Under the pieces are notes generated by a model. It saw only the letters and a list, made by a program, of their open reading frames with translations. It had not been told where the DNA came from and ran no database searches. Of a DNA stretch of 64,000 nucleotides, positions 1 to 9,940 are shown one piece after another (positions within the stretch are counted from its first letter, which is position 1; each line of letters opens with the position of its first letter). Source of the stretch: a virus; the IMG/VR virus record IMGVR_UViG_3300002835_006866, positions 31,852-95,851 of that record; one strand, 5' to 3'. Both the position numbers and the translations under genes were made by a program.

Positions 1-2
1 TA

Positions 3-395
3 AACGATTTAACTTACCGTGCTGTTAATGATGGTTATGTCGTTATCTTTGAAGGACACTTTAAACGAAATTATATTCATGTTCGTGACGTTTGTGAGGC
101 ATTTCTACATGCTATCTACCAGTTTGAAGAAATGAAAGGTAACGTATACAATGTTGGTCTTTCGTCTGCGAATGTTTCTAAGTTGGAGTTATGTGAAATA
201 ATTAAGAAACAACTACCAAACTTTACGATTGTAGAAGGCGATATCAAAAAGGATCCAGATCAAAGAAACTACATTGTATCTAATGCAAAATTAGAAGCAA
301 CTGGTTGGATGCCTTATTATACCATTGATAATGGTGTTGAAGAACTTATCAAAGGTTACACTTATCTCAAAAATAATATCTATGGTAATGTTTGA
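3..395 (+). CDS. NAD-dependent epimerase/dehydratase, C-terminal part (5' truncated by window)
   Basis: Frame is open from position 3: ...FEGHFKRNYIHVRDVCEAF...GNVYNVG...DPDQRNYIVSNAKL, typical of the extended SDR C-terminus. Confidence 0.85.
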   Translation, partial: NDLTYRAVNDGYVVIFEGHFKRNYIHVRDVCEAFLHAIYQFEEMKGNVYNVGLSSANVSKLELCEIIKKQLPNFTIVEGDIKKDPDQRNYIVSNAKLEATGWMPYYTIDNGVEELIKGYTYLKNNIYGNV

Positions 396-796
396 TGGAG
401 TATAATGAAAAGAACTTAAATCTGGTATCGGGTATAATTATGAAACACCTGACGCCAGATTTACTTCCTAAAAAATGGATTGAAAGAAACAAAACCAACC
501 CAACATTTGGTCATTGTCACACGGCATCAGCCTGCTTACAGAAAATATTTGGTACTAAGAATTTAAAACTGTACCATGGATTGGATGAAGAAGGTATTTG
601 GCATTGGTGGGTGATTGACCTAAATCAAAAATTGATTGATCTTACCTCAGACCAATACTACTCGCTAAATAAAATACCACCATACAATGTTGGTAAAAAG
701 GCTTCAATGTTGGGGTTTGAATACAGGAAAAGGGTTTTAAGGTTATTGGATAAGGTTAAGGAAGAGTTGTCATTAAACGGGACACCGCCATCATAG
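392..796 (+). CDS. hypothetical protein with possible Cys-His-Asp (papain/transglutaminase-like) triad
   Basis: Motifs GHCHTAS, HWWVID and IDLTSDQY. Confidence 0.5.
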   Translation: MMEYNEKNLNLVSGIIMKHLTPDLLPKKWIERNKTNPTFGHCHTASACLQKIFGTKNLKLYHGLDEEGIWHWWVIDLNQKLIDLTSDQYYSLNKIPPYNVGKKASMLGFEYRKRVLRLLDKVKEELSLNGTPPS

Positions 797-818
797 ATGT
801 TGTCAAGAGCAAAGTCAA
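790..818 (-). promoter_or_regulatory. antisense sigma70-type promoter
   Basis: On the minus strand, TTGACT-17 nt-TATGAT, with a second TTGACA inside the spacer. Confidence 0.6.
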
Positions 819-837
819 GCAAATTTATAGGTAAAGA

Positions 838-1437
838 ATGAAACATAAAGATATTTTCCAAGAACAAGGATATGTGTTCGTCAAAAATTTTATTGATCCT
901 GCTGTAGCAGATTACCTTTTTGAGTATCTAAGGTTTTCTACACATGCTATTGTATTATCAGGACAAAGTAAAGTAGCAATACAGGGAGATGAACAAGTTC
1001 CCGGTTCTTATGGTTCCCGACATGGTGATATGGCTTTTGATTCTTTAATGAAGCATATGCGGCCAAGAATGGAAGAAGTTACGGGCCTAGAGTTGTATCC
1101 TACCTATACTTACACTCGACTATACAAACCAGGTAACGAGCTTAAAAAACATACTGATAGGCCATCATGTGAAATCTCCTGTACATTGAAGCTTGGTGAT
1201 ACAGGAGAATATAATTGGCCTATTTGGATGAAAGATGCCGAATATAAGCTTGACAAAGGCGATGCAGTAGTGTACCGTGGTTGTGATTTGGAACATTGGC
1301 GAGAGGTGTGTGAAGGACCTCCTGAATATAGAATGGGTCAAGTATTCATGCACTATGTCGATAAAAATGGACCATATCCTGATTACAAATATGATAGAAG
1401 AACAGCAATGGCAAAGTTATTTGAAAAAGACCTATGA
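838..1437 (+). CDS. 2OG-Fe(II) oxygenase
   Basis: YTRLY...HTDRPSCEIS...GDAVVYRGCDLEHWRE, giving HxD...H. Confidence 0.85.
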   Translation: MKHKDIFQEQGYVFVKNFIDPAVADYLFEYLRFSTHAIVLSGQSKVAIQGDEQVPGSYGSRHGDMAFDSLMKHMRPRMEEVTGLELYPTYTYTRLYKPGNELKKHTDRPSCEISCTLKLGDTGEYNWPIWMKDAEYKLDKGDAVVYRGCDLEHWREVCEGPPEYRMGQVFMHYVDKNGPYPDYKYDRRTAMAKLFEKDL

Positions 1438-1973
1438 CCACTAAAAAAACAAAACACTATATCAACAACTCGGATTTTTTGGCAGCGTTGATTGAATACC
1501 AAAAACAATGTGACATTGCCAAAAAAGAAAAGAAAAACGATCCGCCTATACCGAATTATCTAGGTGAATGTTTCTTGAAAATTGCGGAACACTTATCAAG
1601 AAAACCAAACTTCATTTCTTATTCTTTCCGTGATGAGATGATTGCCGATGGTATAGAAAATTGTTTAATGTATTTTCGTAACTTTGACCCGGTAAAGAGT
1701 AACAATCCATTTGCATATTTTACTCAAATCATATATTATGCTTTCTTACGTCGAATTCAAAAAGAGAAAAAACAATTATATGTAAAGTATAAGGCAACTG
1801 AACAAATTGGTATTCTAGATGAGTTCGAAATGTTTGAAGATGCCGATGGACACCAAAAACAATTTCAACTCTATGATAACATATCGGAGTTTATTCAGAC
1901 GTTCGAGGAAAACAAACGTAAGAAAAAAGAAAACAAAACAAAAGGTCTAGAAAAATTTATTGATGAAATATGA
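1434..1973 (+). CDS. g55: late-transcription sigma factor gp55
   Basis: HYINNSDF, KPNFISYSFRDEMIADGIENC, NPFAYFTQIIYYAFLRRIQKEKKQ; upstream of g47. Confidence 0.95.
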   Translation: MTTKKTKHYINNSDFLAALIEYQKQCDIAKKEKKNDPPIPNYLGECFLKIAEHLSRKPNFISYSFRDEMIADGIENCLMYFRNFDPVKSNNPFAYFTQIIYYAFLRRIQKEKKQLYVKYKATEQIGILDEFEMFEDADGHQKQFQLYDNISEFIQTFEENKRKKKENKTKGLEKFIDEI

Positions 1974-1992
1974 AAAAAGGCAATAAAATATT

Positions 1993-3066
1993 ATGAAATT
2001 ATGTGTTCTCGGAGACACCCATTTTGGAGCTCGAGGTGATTCTTTAGAATTTCACAAATACTTCCAAAAGTTTTATGATGAAGTATTTTTTCCATACCTT
2101 ATCGAAAATGATATCAACTGTGTGGTACAACTAGGCGATTTGTTTGATCGCCGAAAGTTTATCAATTTCAATACACTACATCTATGCCGTCAATACTTTT
2201 TTGACCGATGCCAGACTTTAGGTATTAAAGTACACACACTTCTTGGTAATCATGACATAGCATTTAAAAACACACTTGAGGTAAATTCAACAGGCTTGTT
2301 GTTGAACGAGTATGAAAATCTCGAATACTATGATGATTTTGATACATTAGAATTTGATGGTGTTTCTATTGATATTGTTCCTTGGATTTGTCCAGATAAT
2401 GAGAATGAAATTTTTGAAAAAATAAAAAACAGTAAATCACAAATTTGTTTTGGTCATTTTGAGATAGATGGTTTTGAAATGGATCGAGGCAATGTTCATC
2501 AAGGTGGCCTTGACAGGAAAGCATTATCAAAGTATGATGTGGTGTTAAGTGGACACTTTCACCATAAATCTTCATCAGATAATATTACCTATGTTGGTAC
2601 GCCATACGAAATGACATGGGCAGATTATAATGATCCAAAAGGATTTCATATCTTTGATACTGAAACAAGATCACTAGAATTCGTTGAAAACAAAAATCGA
2701 ATGTTTTACAAACTAAACTACAAAGATGGTTTAGAACATTTTTCTGAAAATTATAAATCATTCGATTATTCTATCTATGAAGGTTGTTACGTTAAAGTCA
2801 TAGTGATAGAGAAGATGAATCCTTTTTTATTTGATATTGTTATAGATAAGATTTATAAAGCAGGCGCTTGTGATGTTTCAATCGTCGAAGATTTTACCGA
2901 AGTAATTGCTGATGATGATAAAGACATTGTTGACCAAGCTGAAGATACAATGACAATCTTGTCCAAATATATTGACAATTTGCAGTTGCAAGTTGAATCG
3001 GATAAACTCAAGAATTTAATGAGAGAACTTTATGTGGAATCTCTCACGCTAGAAAAGGTAGAATGA
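1993..3066 (+). CDS. g47: recombination endonuclease gp47 (Mre11/SbcD-like)
   Basis: Phosphoesterase motifs GDTHFG, LGDLFD, GNHD, SGHFH. Confidence 0.95.
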   Translation: MKLCVLGDTHFGARGDSLEFHKYFQKFYDEVFFPYLIENDINCVVQLGDLFDRRKFINFNTLHLCRQYFFDRCQTLGIKVHTLLGNHDIAFKNTLEVNSTGLLLNEYENLEYYDDFDTLEFDGVSIDIVPWICPDNENEIFEKIKNSKSQICFGHFEIDGFEMDRGNVHQGGLDRKALSKYDVVLSGHFHHKSSSDNITYVGTPYEMTWADYNDPKGFHIFDTETRSLEFVENKNRMFYKLNYKDGLEHFSENYKSFDYSIYEGCYVKVIVIEKMNPFLFDIVIDKIYKAGACDVSIVEDFTEVIADDDKDIVDQAEDTMTILSKYIDNLQLQVESDKLKNLMRELYVESLTLEKVE

Positions 3067-3695
3067 TGTACAAGACAATCTATAATAATCCTGATGAAAG
3101 ACGTAGAATTACTTACACTTGGTGTTATTGGGATAATGCTTTTACAAAAGAAGAATTGGACAAAATGTGCCAGTTTTTTACCTCAAACGGTGTTGAAAGG
3201 GGTACAACAGTAGGTGAACACACTAAACAATTGGTCAATGAAGATGTTCGTGTTTCAAATGTAAAGTTTTATAATTATGGTGAAAACACTGCTTGGATTT
3301 TTGAAAGAATTAATTGGGTCATCGAGAGTATCAATGAAAGATTCTTTAATTACAATCTAAACGGATATGAATCTTTTCAGTACACTGAATATGAAGGTGA
3401 TGAATTAGGTAAATACGATTTTCATCAAGATATGATTAATGGCAAAAACATGCCAGAAAATATGGATGAAACTAGAAAGTTATCCATGTCGCTGTTGTTA
3501 AACGAGCCTGGTGTAGACTTCGAGGGTGGAGAATTTCAAATAAATTCTGGCCAAGAATCTAATGCTGAAACTGTTGATTTGACCCGTGGTCGAATGATTT
3601 TCTTTCCTTCTTATGCCATACACAGAGTTGCTCCGGTGACAAAAGGCCGTAGAAAGTCTCTTGTTGTCTGGATTACTGGACCTAAATTTAAATAA
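3063..3695 (+). CDS. 2OG-Fe(II) oxygenase (PKHD/prolyl hydroxylase-like)
   Basis: YDFHQD, RKLSMSLLL, FEGGEF, FPSYAIHRVAPVTKGRRKSLVVW. Confidence 0.9.
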   Translation: MMYKTIYNNPDERRRITYTWCYWDNAFTKEELDKMCQFFTSNGVERGTTVGEHTKQLVNEDVRVSNVKFYNYGENTAWIFERINWVIESINERFFNYNLNGYESFQYTEYEGDELGKYDFHQDMINGKNMPENMDETRKLSMSLLLNEPGVDFEGGEFQINSGQESNAETVDLTRGRMIFFPSYAIHRVAPVTKGRRKSLVVWITGPKFK

Positions 3696-5401
3696 TGATT
3701 GTTTTTCGTAATGTAAGATGGCGAAATCTCTTAAGCACAGGCAATACGTTTACAGAGGTTAAGTTAAACGCCAACACAAACACACTTATTGTTGGAGAAA
3801 ATGGCTCAGGTAAAAGCACAATGCTAGACGCTTTGTGCTTTGGTTTATTTGGTAAAGCGTTTCGCAATATCAATAAACCTCAGCTTGTAAATTCAATTAA
3901 CGGTAAAGAATGTGTTGTAGAAGTGGAGTTTGATGTTGGTAATAAGTCATTCAAGATAATTCGTGGTATAAAACCAAGTGTATTTGAAATCTATCAGAAT
4001 GGCGAACTGTTAAATCAAGATGCAGCTTCTAGAGACTATCAAGAATACTTAGAAAAGTTTATTCTCAAGCTAAACTACAAGTCTTTTACACAGATTGTAA
4101 TTCTTGGTTCAGCATCTTTTACTCCTTTCATGCAGTTATCTGCTGCTGACCGTCGAGCCATTATTGAAGATTTGTTAGACATTCAAATCTTCTCAGTAAT
4201 GAATAGTTTGGTAAAGAGTAAACTATCATCAAACAAAGATGAAATGGTTCAAAAGAAAAATGAGATTGAACTACTTAAACAGAAATATGATCTGAAGAAA
4301 GAACATCTAGATAAACTCAATCAGAATAACGAAGAGAAGGTAAAAGAGTATGATGGTGAGATACAGAGTAATAGAGAAACCATTGGCACATTATCTGACG
4401 AGATTGACATATTGGTCGAACGACTGTCCAGTTTGGATGACACTGTTGCAAAAGCGCCTGAGATTGAGAACAAGATTGCTTCGTACAAGAAAGTTGAGTC
4501 TCAGATTGAAAGCAAGATATCCAAAGTTCGAAATGATACACAGTTCTATGAACACAATGCTGATTGTCCAACTTGTAGGCAAGCCATTACCGTGGAGTTT
4601 AAAGAAACACTATGCTCTGAACTCTCATCGAAAGAGCATGAACTCAATGAGGCTCTCAAAGAATTACAAGCTAAGATAACGGCACATGAATCAATACTGA
4701 AGGTTGTTCGTAATGATGAAAAAGAAAGATCGAATGTTCGTATTGAATTGGCCACAACACAAACACTTATAAAAGGCTATAACGAAAACATCATTCGCCT
4801 TGAAAAAGAAATCAAAAATTTACAAACAAATAATGACAGTGTAGACCAGAGTGAACTTGTAAATCTACAAAATGAAATTAAAGAAACGCAATCTGAATTA
4901 AGGCAGTTACTTACTGATAAAACATACTATGATGCTGCATCTTTGTTACTCAAAGATACTGGTATTAAAACTAAAATTATTAAACAGTATTTGCCAATTA
5001 TCAATAAATTGGTAAACAAATACCTATCGTCGTTAAACTTTTTTGTGAACTTTAATTTAGATGAATCTTTTAAAGAAACTATCAAGTCTCGCCATCGTGA
5101 CGATTTTAGTTATCACAATTTTTCAGAAGGTGAAAAACAAAGAATTGATATGGCATTGATGTTGACTTGGCGTGCTGTGGCTAAGTTAAAGAATTCCGCA
5201 AATACAAATTTGTTGATACTTGATGAAACATTTGATTCTAGTTTAGATGTTGGTGGCACAGAAGAGTTGATGAAGATTCTTCACATGCTAGAGGGTGTAA
5301 ATTTGTTTGTTATCAGCCACAAAGGTGATATCTTACAAGATAAATTTATCACAGCTATTCGTTTTGCAAAAGAAAAAAACTTCTCAAAGGTGATGAGATG
5401 A
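3695..5401 (+). CDS. g46: recombination ATPase gp46 (Rad50/SbcC-like)
   Basis: Walker A GENGSGKS, CPTC zinc hook, FSEGEK signature, LILDE Walker B. Confidence 0.96.
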   Translation: MIVFRNVRWRNLLSTGNTFTEVKLNANTNTLIVGENGSGKSTMLDALCFGLFGKAFRNINKPQLVNSINGKECVVEVEFDVGNKSFKIIRGIKPSVFEIYQNGELLNQDAASRDYQEYLEKFILKLNYKSFTQIVILGSASFTPFMQLSAADRRAIIEDLLDIQIFSVMNSLVKSKLSSNKDEMVQKKNEIELLKQKYDLKKEHLDKLNQNNEEKVKEYDGEIQSNRETIGTLSDEIDILVERLSSLDDTVAKAPEIENKIASYKKVESQIESKISKVRNDTQFYEHNADCPTCRQAITVEFKETLCSELSSKEHELNEALKELQAKITAHESILKVVRNDEKERSNVRIELATTQTLIKGYNENIIRLEKEIKNLQTNNDSVDQSELVNLQNEIKETQSELRQLLTDKTYYDAASLLLKDTGIKTKIIKQYLPIINKLVNKYLSSLNFFVNFNLDESFKETIKSRHRDDFSYHNFSEGEKQRIDMALMLTWRAVAKLKNSANTNLLILDETFDSSLDVGGTEELMKILHMLEGVNLFVISHKGDILQDKFITAIRFAKEKNFSKVMR

Positions 5402-5574
5402 AATTGATAAGTGAATATATGAGTGAGAATGGCGAAAGGACTGCCAAGGTCTATGTGAACGAAGAAGAAAAGAAATTCGTAGTTTCATTTAAAGATGTTT
5501 TTGGAGTACACTATACATCCAAATTTACTAAACTACAATCAGCAGAAGATTCTGCGGAGGATTATGTGCTATGA
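5398..5574 (+). CDS. small hypothetical protein (58 aa, not in ORF track)
   Basis: Read manually as MKLISEYMSENGERTAKV...SAEDSAEDYVL; ATGA overlaps at both ends. Confidence 0.65.
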   Translation: MKLISEYMSENGERTAKVYVNEEEKKFVVSFKDVFGVHYTSKFTKLQSAEDSAEDYVL

Positions 5575-6161
5575 GTGATGATATTTTAAAGATTGATACA
5601 TCCGTCAACTTGGGAAAAACAGAAGTAATTGAACCTTTACCAGTATACGATGACAATTCTCCAATGTTAAGAATGGTAATGCCTGAGTATACAGACCCAT
5701 TACCTTCACCAGCAATGAACAAGTTGATTAAACAACTTCATTTAACTCGACAGAAGTATAAAGGCCTTGGTTTATCCGCTAATCAATGCGGCATAATGAA
5801 AAGAGTTTTTGTTATTGGTTATGAGGACATGGAACTTGCCTTTATTAATCCAAAGGTAATCAATATGTCGGATGATTTGAAAAAAGAACCTGAAGGTTGC
5901 CTCTCTTACCCAGGTTTATTTCTTAAAATAAGCAGGCCTAGTTGGATTGAAGTAGAGTTTATCAATCAAAATGGTGAAACAAAAACTACTACACTGAGTG
6001 GTCTAACTGCCAGATGTTTCTTACATGAATTAGATCACATGAACGGTATCAGATTTGTTGAACATGCAGGTTCATTAGCAATTAAAATGGCAAAGCAAAA
6101 ACAACAAAAGATGCTTAAAAAGATAAAGAGAGCTGTGAAAAATAATGAGTTATCGATTTGA
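5571..6161 (+). CDS. def: peptide deformylase
   Basis: Motifs GLGLSANQCG, EGCLS, HELDH. Confidence 0.95.
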   Translation: MSDDILKIDTSVNLGKTEVIEPLPVYDDNSPMLRMVMPEYTDPLPSPAMNKLIKQLHLTRQKYKGLGLSANQCGIMKRVFVIGYEDMELAFINPKVINMSDDLKKEPEGCLSYPGLFLKISRPSWIEVEFINQNGETKTTTLSGLTARCFLHELDHMNGIRFVEHAGSLAIKMAKQKQQKMLKKIKRAVKNNELSI

Positions 6162-7422
6162 TCCAAAAGATGATGTAGAAACACAATGGGATAAATGGAG
6201 AGATTCCGGCATTGTGTATGAGAACATTGATGAGAGTGATCTTCGGGAGAGGGTCATTCGTGATTTGTCCTATGTTTCACAAATGGATGTTAAAGAGTAT
6301 ACTTTGTTCCAGAAATGGTGTGAAGTGCAAGATAGATATCCATCTATTGTGGTCAATGATTTGTGGGAAGGAGAGAAACGAGTCATCTCCGACCCGAATC
6401 AACAGAAGGCTATTGATGAAATCAAGAGCAACTTTTGGGTACAAAACGATGTTGATGATTACTTAAACATTGAGCCAGAACTCCTATATACAAATAAAGA
6501 AGATGATTTACCTGAGTTGTGGAATTGTATACGTACATTTTCTTCAACGATGAAAAACAATTCTAATATTGGTCGTAACTTAAATTTTGTTGTACGTGAT
6601 AAAGTAACTAAAAAGTATCTTGGTGTTACTTGCATCAGTTCAGACTTTCTTGATTTAACACCAAGAGATAACTTTATTGGCTGGGAAAGAGAAAAGAAAA
6701 CTCAGGGTGGTATGATTAATCATACAGCCATTGGTTCAACAATTGTTCCACTACAACCTCTCGGTTTTAATTATGTTGGTGGTAAATTGTTAGCACTTCT
6801 TTGCTTGTCAACACCAATTCAAGAATTATGGGAAAACTTATATGGTGATAAACTTGTTGGTATAACCACGACTTCTTTGTATGGTAAAACAAAGGCCGGT
6901 GGTCTGTCTCAATACGATAATCTAGATTTTTGGCAGCCAATGGGTTTTACTTCAGGCTCAGTTTCATTTGAACCTCTGGCAGAAACACGTTACATGATTC
7001 GTGAGTGGTTAAAAACAAATCACACCAGAAAATATTTTGAGTGGTATGTTGCAAAGAAACCATCTGGTCAACCACATAAACGTGACCATAAAAACAGATC
7101 GCTGTCTTTTGCATACAACAAACTTTCTGTACCAAAAGAATTGATTCGTTCCGAACATGCAAGAGGAATTTATTTTTCGCCATTGTATGATAAGACTTGT
7201 GAATTTCTTCGTGGCGAAAATGATGGCAGTAACATGGTAAAATTATTTGATACAAGTGTCGAGAATCTTACCAATGTTTGGAAACAAAAACATGCCAAAC
7301 CGAGAATCAAACAATTGGCAAAGAAAGGTAGAATATCTACCGAAAACCTTTTTTATGATGATCTTGCCGTCTTAACCTGGCAAGAAACAAAAGATAAATA
7401 TTTGCCTCAAGTGGGTCGATAA
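6145..7422 (+). CDS. DUF4338 / Druantia DruA-like protein (paralogue 1)
   Basis: IGRNLNF, IVPLQPLGFNYVGGKLLALL, TTTSLYG, SQYD. Confidence 0.65.
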   Translation: MSYRFDPKDDVETQWDKWRDSGIVYENIDESDLRERVIRDLSYVSQMDVKEYTLFQKWCEVQDRYPSIVVNDLWEGEKRVISDPNQQKAIDEIKSNFWVQNDVDDYLNIEPELLYTNKEDDLPELWNCIRTFSSTMKNNSNIGRNLNFVVRDKVTKKYLGVTCISSDFLDLTPRDNFIGWEREKKTQGGMINHTAIGSTIVPLQPLGFNYVGGKLLALLCLSTPIQELWENLYGDKLVGITTTSLYGKTKAGGLSQYDNLDFWQPMGFTSGSVSFEPLAETRYMIREWLKTNHTRKYFEWYVAKKPSGQPHKRDHKNRSLSFAYNKLSVPKELIRSEHARGIYFSPLYDKTCEFLRGENDGSNMVKLFDTSVENLTNVWKQKHAKPRIKQLAKKGRISTENLFYDDLAVLTWQETKDKYLPQVGR

Positions 7423-7443
7423 TCTGATATAATCTTTTCTAGT

Positions 7444-7506
7444 GCGGTGAGTCCGAGACAGCCTTCCCCCGAAGGTAGAGAGGTTTAACTCCTCTGAACC
7501 GCTCCA
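7444..7506 (+). ncRNA. minimised/degenerate tRNA-Gly-like RNA
   Basis: GCGGT/ACCGC acceptor end plus T-CCA; T arm AGAGG-TTTAACT-CCTCT; anticodon-like arm GCCTT-CCCCCG-AAGGT; extended -10 (TGATATAAT, 7425-7433) directly upstream. Confidence 0.55.
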
Positions 7507-7525
7507 CCCTTATCAAAGTGATAAC

Positions 7526-7575
7526 TGTTGCAAATACCGCAACAGGTTGACAAACCTCCACTTTTGTGTTACCAT
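7526..7575 (+). promoter_or_regulatory. early sigma70 promoter with upstream palindrome
   Basis: TGTTGC-N7-GCAACA, then TTGACA(7547)-17 nt-TACCAT(7570). Confidence 0.75.
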
Positions 7576-7602
7576 TAACCTATACTGACAAAGGTTAACG
7601 AT

Positions 7603-9858
7603 ATGACAACTTTTACTGTTGAACAAAAGTCTCAGCTTGCTAAACTTATGGCAACTGAGAACCTTACGGTCGAACACCAAAAAATTCGAACTGCTATGTT
7701 CGATACAAAAAACCGTGTTCTCTACTTGCCAATTTGGCAAAATATGTCTGGCCACCTTTATGACCTTTTGACCGGTCATGAAGTTGGCCATGCTTTGTAC
7801 ACTCCTGCGGAAGGTTGGCATGATGTTGCTACCGACAAGTCTAAAGGCAAAGGATACAAATCATTCCTAAATGTTCTCGAAGATGCTCGAATCGAGAAAA
7901 AAGTAATTCGTAAATACCCCGGTCTTCGGCTTTCTTTCCGCAAAGCTTTCAATGACCTATTTGAGCGTGATTTCTTTGGCATTAAAGATCAAAACATTGA
8001 CAGCCTTTCCTTTATTGATCGATTGAATTTGTACACCAAGAGCCAATACTCTTTAGATATCGGTTTTACCGATGAAGAGCAATTGATGGTTCAAGAAGTA
8101 CAAGCTCTAGAAACTTGGGAAGATGTAGTAAAACTAGCCGATAAAATTTACCAATATTCTAAAGAAGAGCAATACCAACTGGAAACGATTCAAGATTTTT
8201 CCAATTCCAACGGCTCTTATGATGGTGAAGAAGAATTTGATTTCGATGATATTGAATCTGAAGAAGATGAAACCGATGGTGAACCAGATTCAACTTCTGA
8301 AGGTGGTGATAAAAACTCCAATCCGGAAAATTCTGAAAACTCCCAAGATGATTTCAATTCTGAAGGTGAAAAATCCAATGGATCAAATCTAGAATCTAGA
8401 AAAGAATCACAAAATTCTTTTGATAATGGCTTCGATGATTTTTCACCTGGATGCCAAACAGATGAACAGTATCGCAAGAATGAAGATAAACTTTTGGATG
8501 AAAAATGCAAACCTTACTTGTATTTGAATATGCCAACTCCGAATTTGGATGTCATTGTTACTCCTGCAAAGCGAGTACAACAACTTCTATCGGATAGTTT
8601 TGCTTCACAGATTGCTATAAATCGGTTCACGGCAAATGATGTAAACAAATTTGTTCAAGATTTCAAAACCAAAAACGAAAAGTATATCAACCTTTTGGTG
8701 AAAGAGTTTGAAATGCGTAAGGCTGCAAAAGCTTTTAGCAAATCAAAACAATCGGATACTGGTGATATTGATGTTTCCAAATTGTCTCTTTACAAGTTTG
8801 ATGATAATATTTTCCGTAAACTTACGATTGTGCCAAAAGGCAAATCGCATGGCATGATTCTTCTTTTGGATTATTCTGGTTCCATGTCACAAAACATGGC
8901 CGGCTCGATTGAACAAATTCTTGTTTTATCTTTGTTTTGCCGTAAAGTGAATATTCCTTTTCATGTTTATGCGTTTTCAAATTGCACAGCCACATGGTAT
9001 ATTGATAACGAAAAATCTTATGATGTAAGAAAGCCAGAATCTTTTAGTCAAAATCTAAATGAATTTGGTTCCTCTGATCTTATTCTTCGTGAATACTTGA
9101 ACTCAAATATGGGAAATGCTGAGTTTAACAAAGCATTGAAGAATATGATTTTGCTGAAAATGTCGTATGCTGGTCGTGGCACTCGGTATATTATGCGGCC
9201 ACAAAGTGAATCGTTATCAAATACACCAATGAATGAGGCGATCATAGCAATGAAACCTATTATGGAAAAATTCAAGAAAACCAATAACTTGGATATTACA
9301 AATTTGGTCATTGTTCATGACGGTGAATCTGATGATATCAATCGCTATCACAAAGAGCCCAATGAAGAAAATTCTGGGTATACTGGTTGGTACAATACTA
9401 CTTCACAAAACGTGATTATGCAGGATAAAAAAATAAAGTTTCAATCAAAAATTGAAACTAATTTGAATCAATCTCTTTTGAAGTGGTTTTCACAAACGAC
9501 TGGTTCTAAAATTTTTGGTTTCTTTATTGTTCCACCAACCAACATTAGTCGGGTATTGATGTCAAAATACTGTGATAAGAATGGTAATCATTTGCCTTAC
9601 AATGCCGATATGTGGGATATAAAGAAAGAATTAGCTAAAAAATTCAGAAAAGAAAAATACCTTCTTTCTAAGAACCCTGGATTTGATTCATTTTTCTTTA
9701 TAAATGGTGGTGATGATCTTTTGGCTGAAGATGAGGAACTTGAAATTGAAGGTAAAATAACTTCGGCTAAATTGAAAAATGCCTTCATGAAATATAATAA
9801 GAGCAAACAAATCAATCGAATTCTTGTTTCTAAATTCATTGAAGGTATTGCAACTTGA
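7603..9858 (+). CDS. CobT-like protein: N-terminal HExxH metallopeptidase-like domain, acidic linker and vWA domain
   Basis: HEVGH, NVLEDARIE, MIDAS motif DYSGSM and HDGE; paired with a MoxR ATPase. Confidence 0.8.
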   Translation: MTTFTVEQKSQLAKLMATENLTVEHQKIRTAMFDTKNRVLYLPIWQNMSGHLYDLLTGHEVGHALYTPAEGWHDVATDKSKGKGYKSFLNVLEDARIEKKVIRKYPGLRLSFRKAFNDLFERDFFGIKDQNIDSLSFIDRLNLYTKSQYSLDIGFTDEEQLMVQEVQALETWEDVVKLADKIYQYSKEEQYQLETIQDFSNSNGSYDGEEEFDFDDIESEEDETDGEPDSTSEGGDKNSNPENSENSQDDFNSEGEKSNGSNLESRKESQNSFDNGFDDFSPGCQTDEQYRKNEDKLLDEKCKPYLYLNMPTPNLDVIVTPAKRVQQLLSDSFASQIAINRFTANDVNKFVQDFKTKNEKYINLLVKEFEMRKAAKAFSKSKQSDTGDIDVSKLSLYKFDDNIFRKLTIVPKGKSHGMILLLDYSGSMSQNMAGSIEQILVLSLFCRKVNIPFHVYAFSNCTATWYIDNEKSYDVRKPESFSQNLNEFGSSDLILREYLNSNMGNAEFNKALKNMILLKMSYAGRGTRYIMRPQSESLSNTPMNEAIIAMKPIMEKFKKTNNLDITNLVIVHDGESDDINRYHKEPNEENSGYTGWYNTTSQNVIMQDKKIKFQSKIETNLNQSLLKWFSQTTGSKIFGFFIVPPTNISRVLMSKYCDKNGNHLPYNADMWDIKKELAKKFRKEKYLLSKNPGFDSFFFINGGDDLLAEDEELEIEGKITSAKLKNAFMKYNKSKQINRILVSKFIEGIAT

Positions 9859-9909
9859 TGTTGTTTATTGGCAACAGCCCTTGACAAAGGGCTGTTTTTT
9901 TGATATAAT
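9859..9909 (+). promoter_or_regulatory. early sigma70 promoter overlapping a terminator-like hairpin
   Basis: TGTTG-N8-CAACA; TTGACA(9881)-17 nt-TATAAT(9904); the inverted repeat AACAGCCCTT/AAGGGCTGTT plus a T-run encloses the -35. Confidence 0.8.
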
Positions 9910-9940
9910 TGTTGTACAACATTGATATGGAGTTTACATT

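Noticed and set aside
6145-7422. Complete Druantia defence system
   Set aside because: No DruE-type helicase or other Dru genes nearby; this is a lytic phage context.
7525-7545. LexA box
   Set aside because: The CTGT...ACAG spacing is 13 nt, not the 8 nt of the proteobacterial SOS box; treated as a separate motif.
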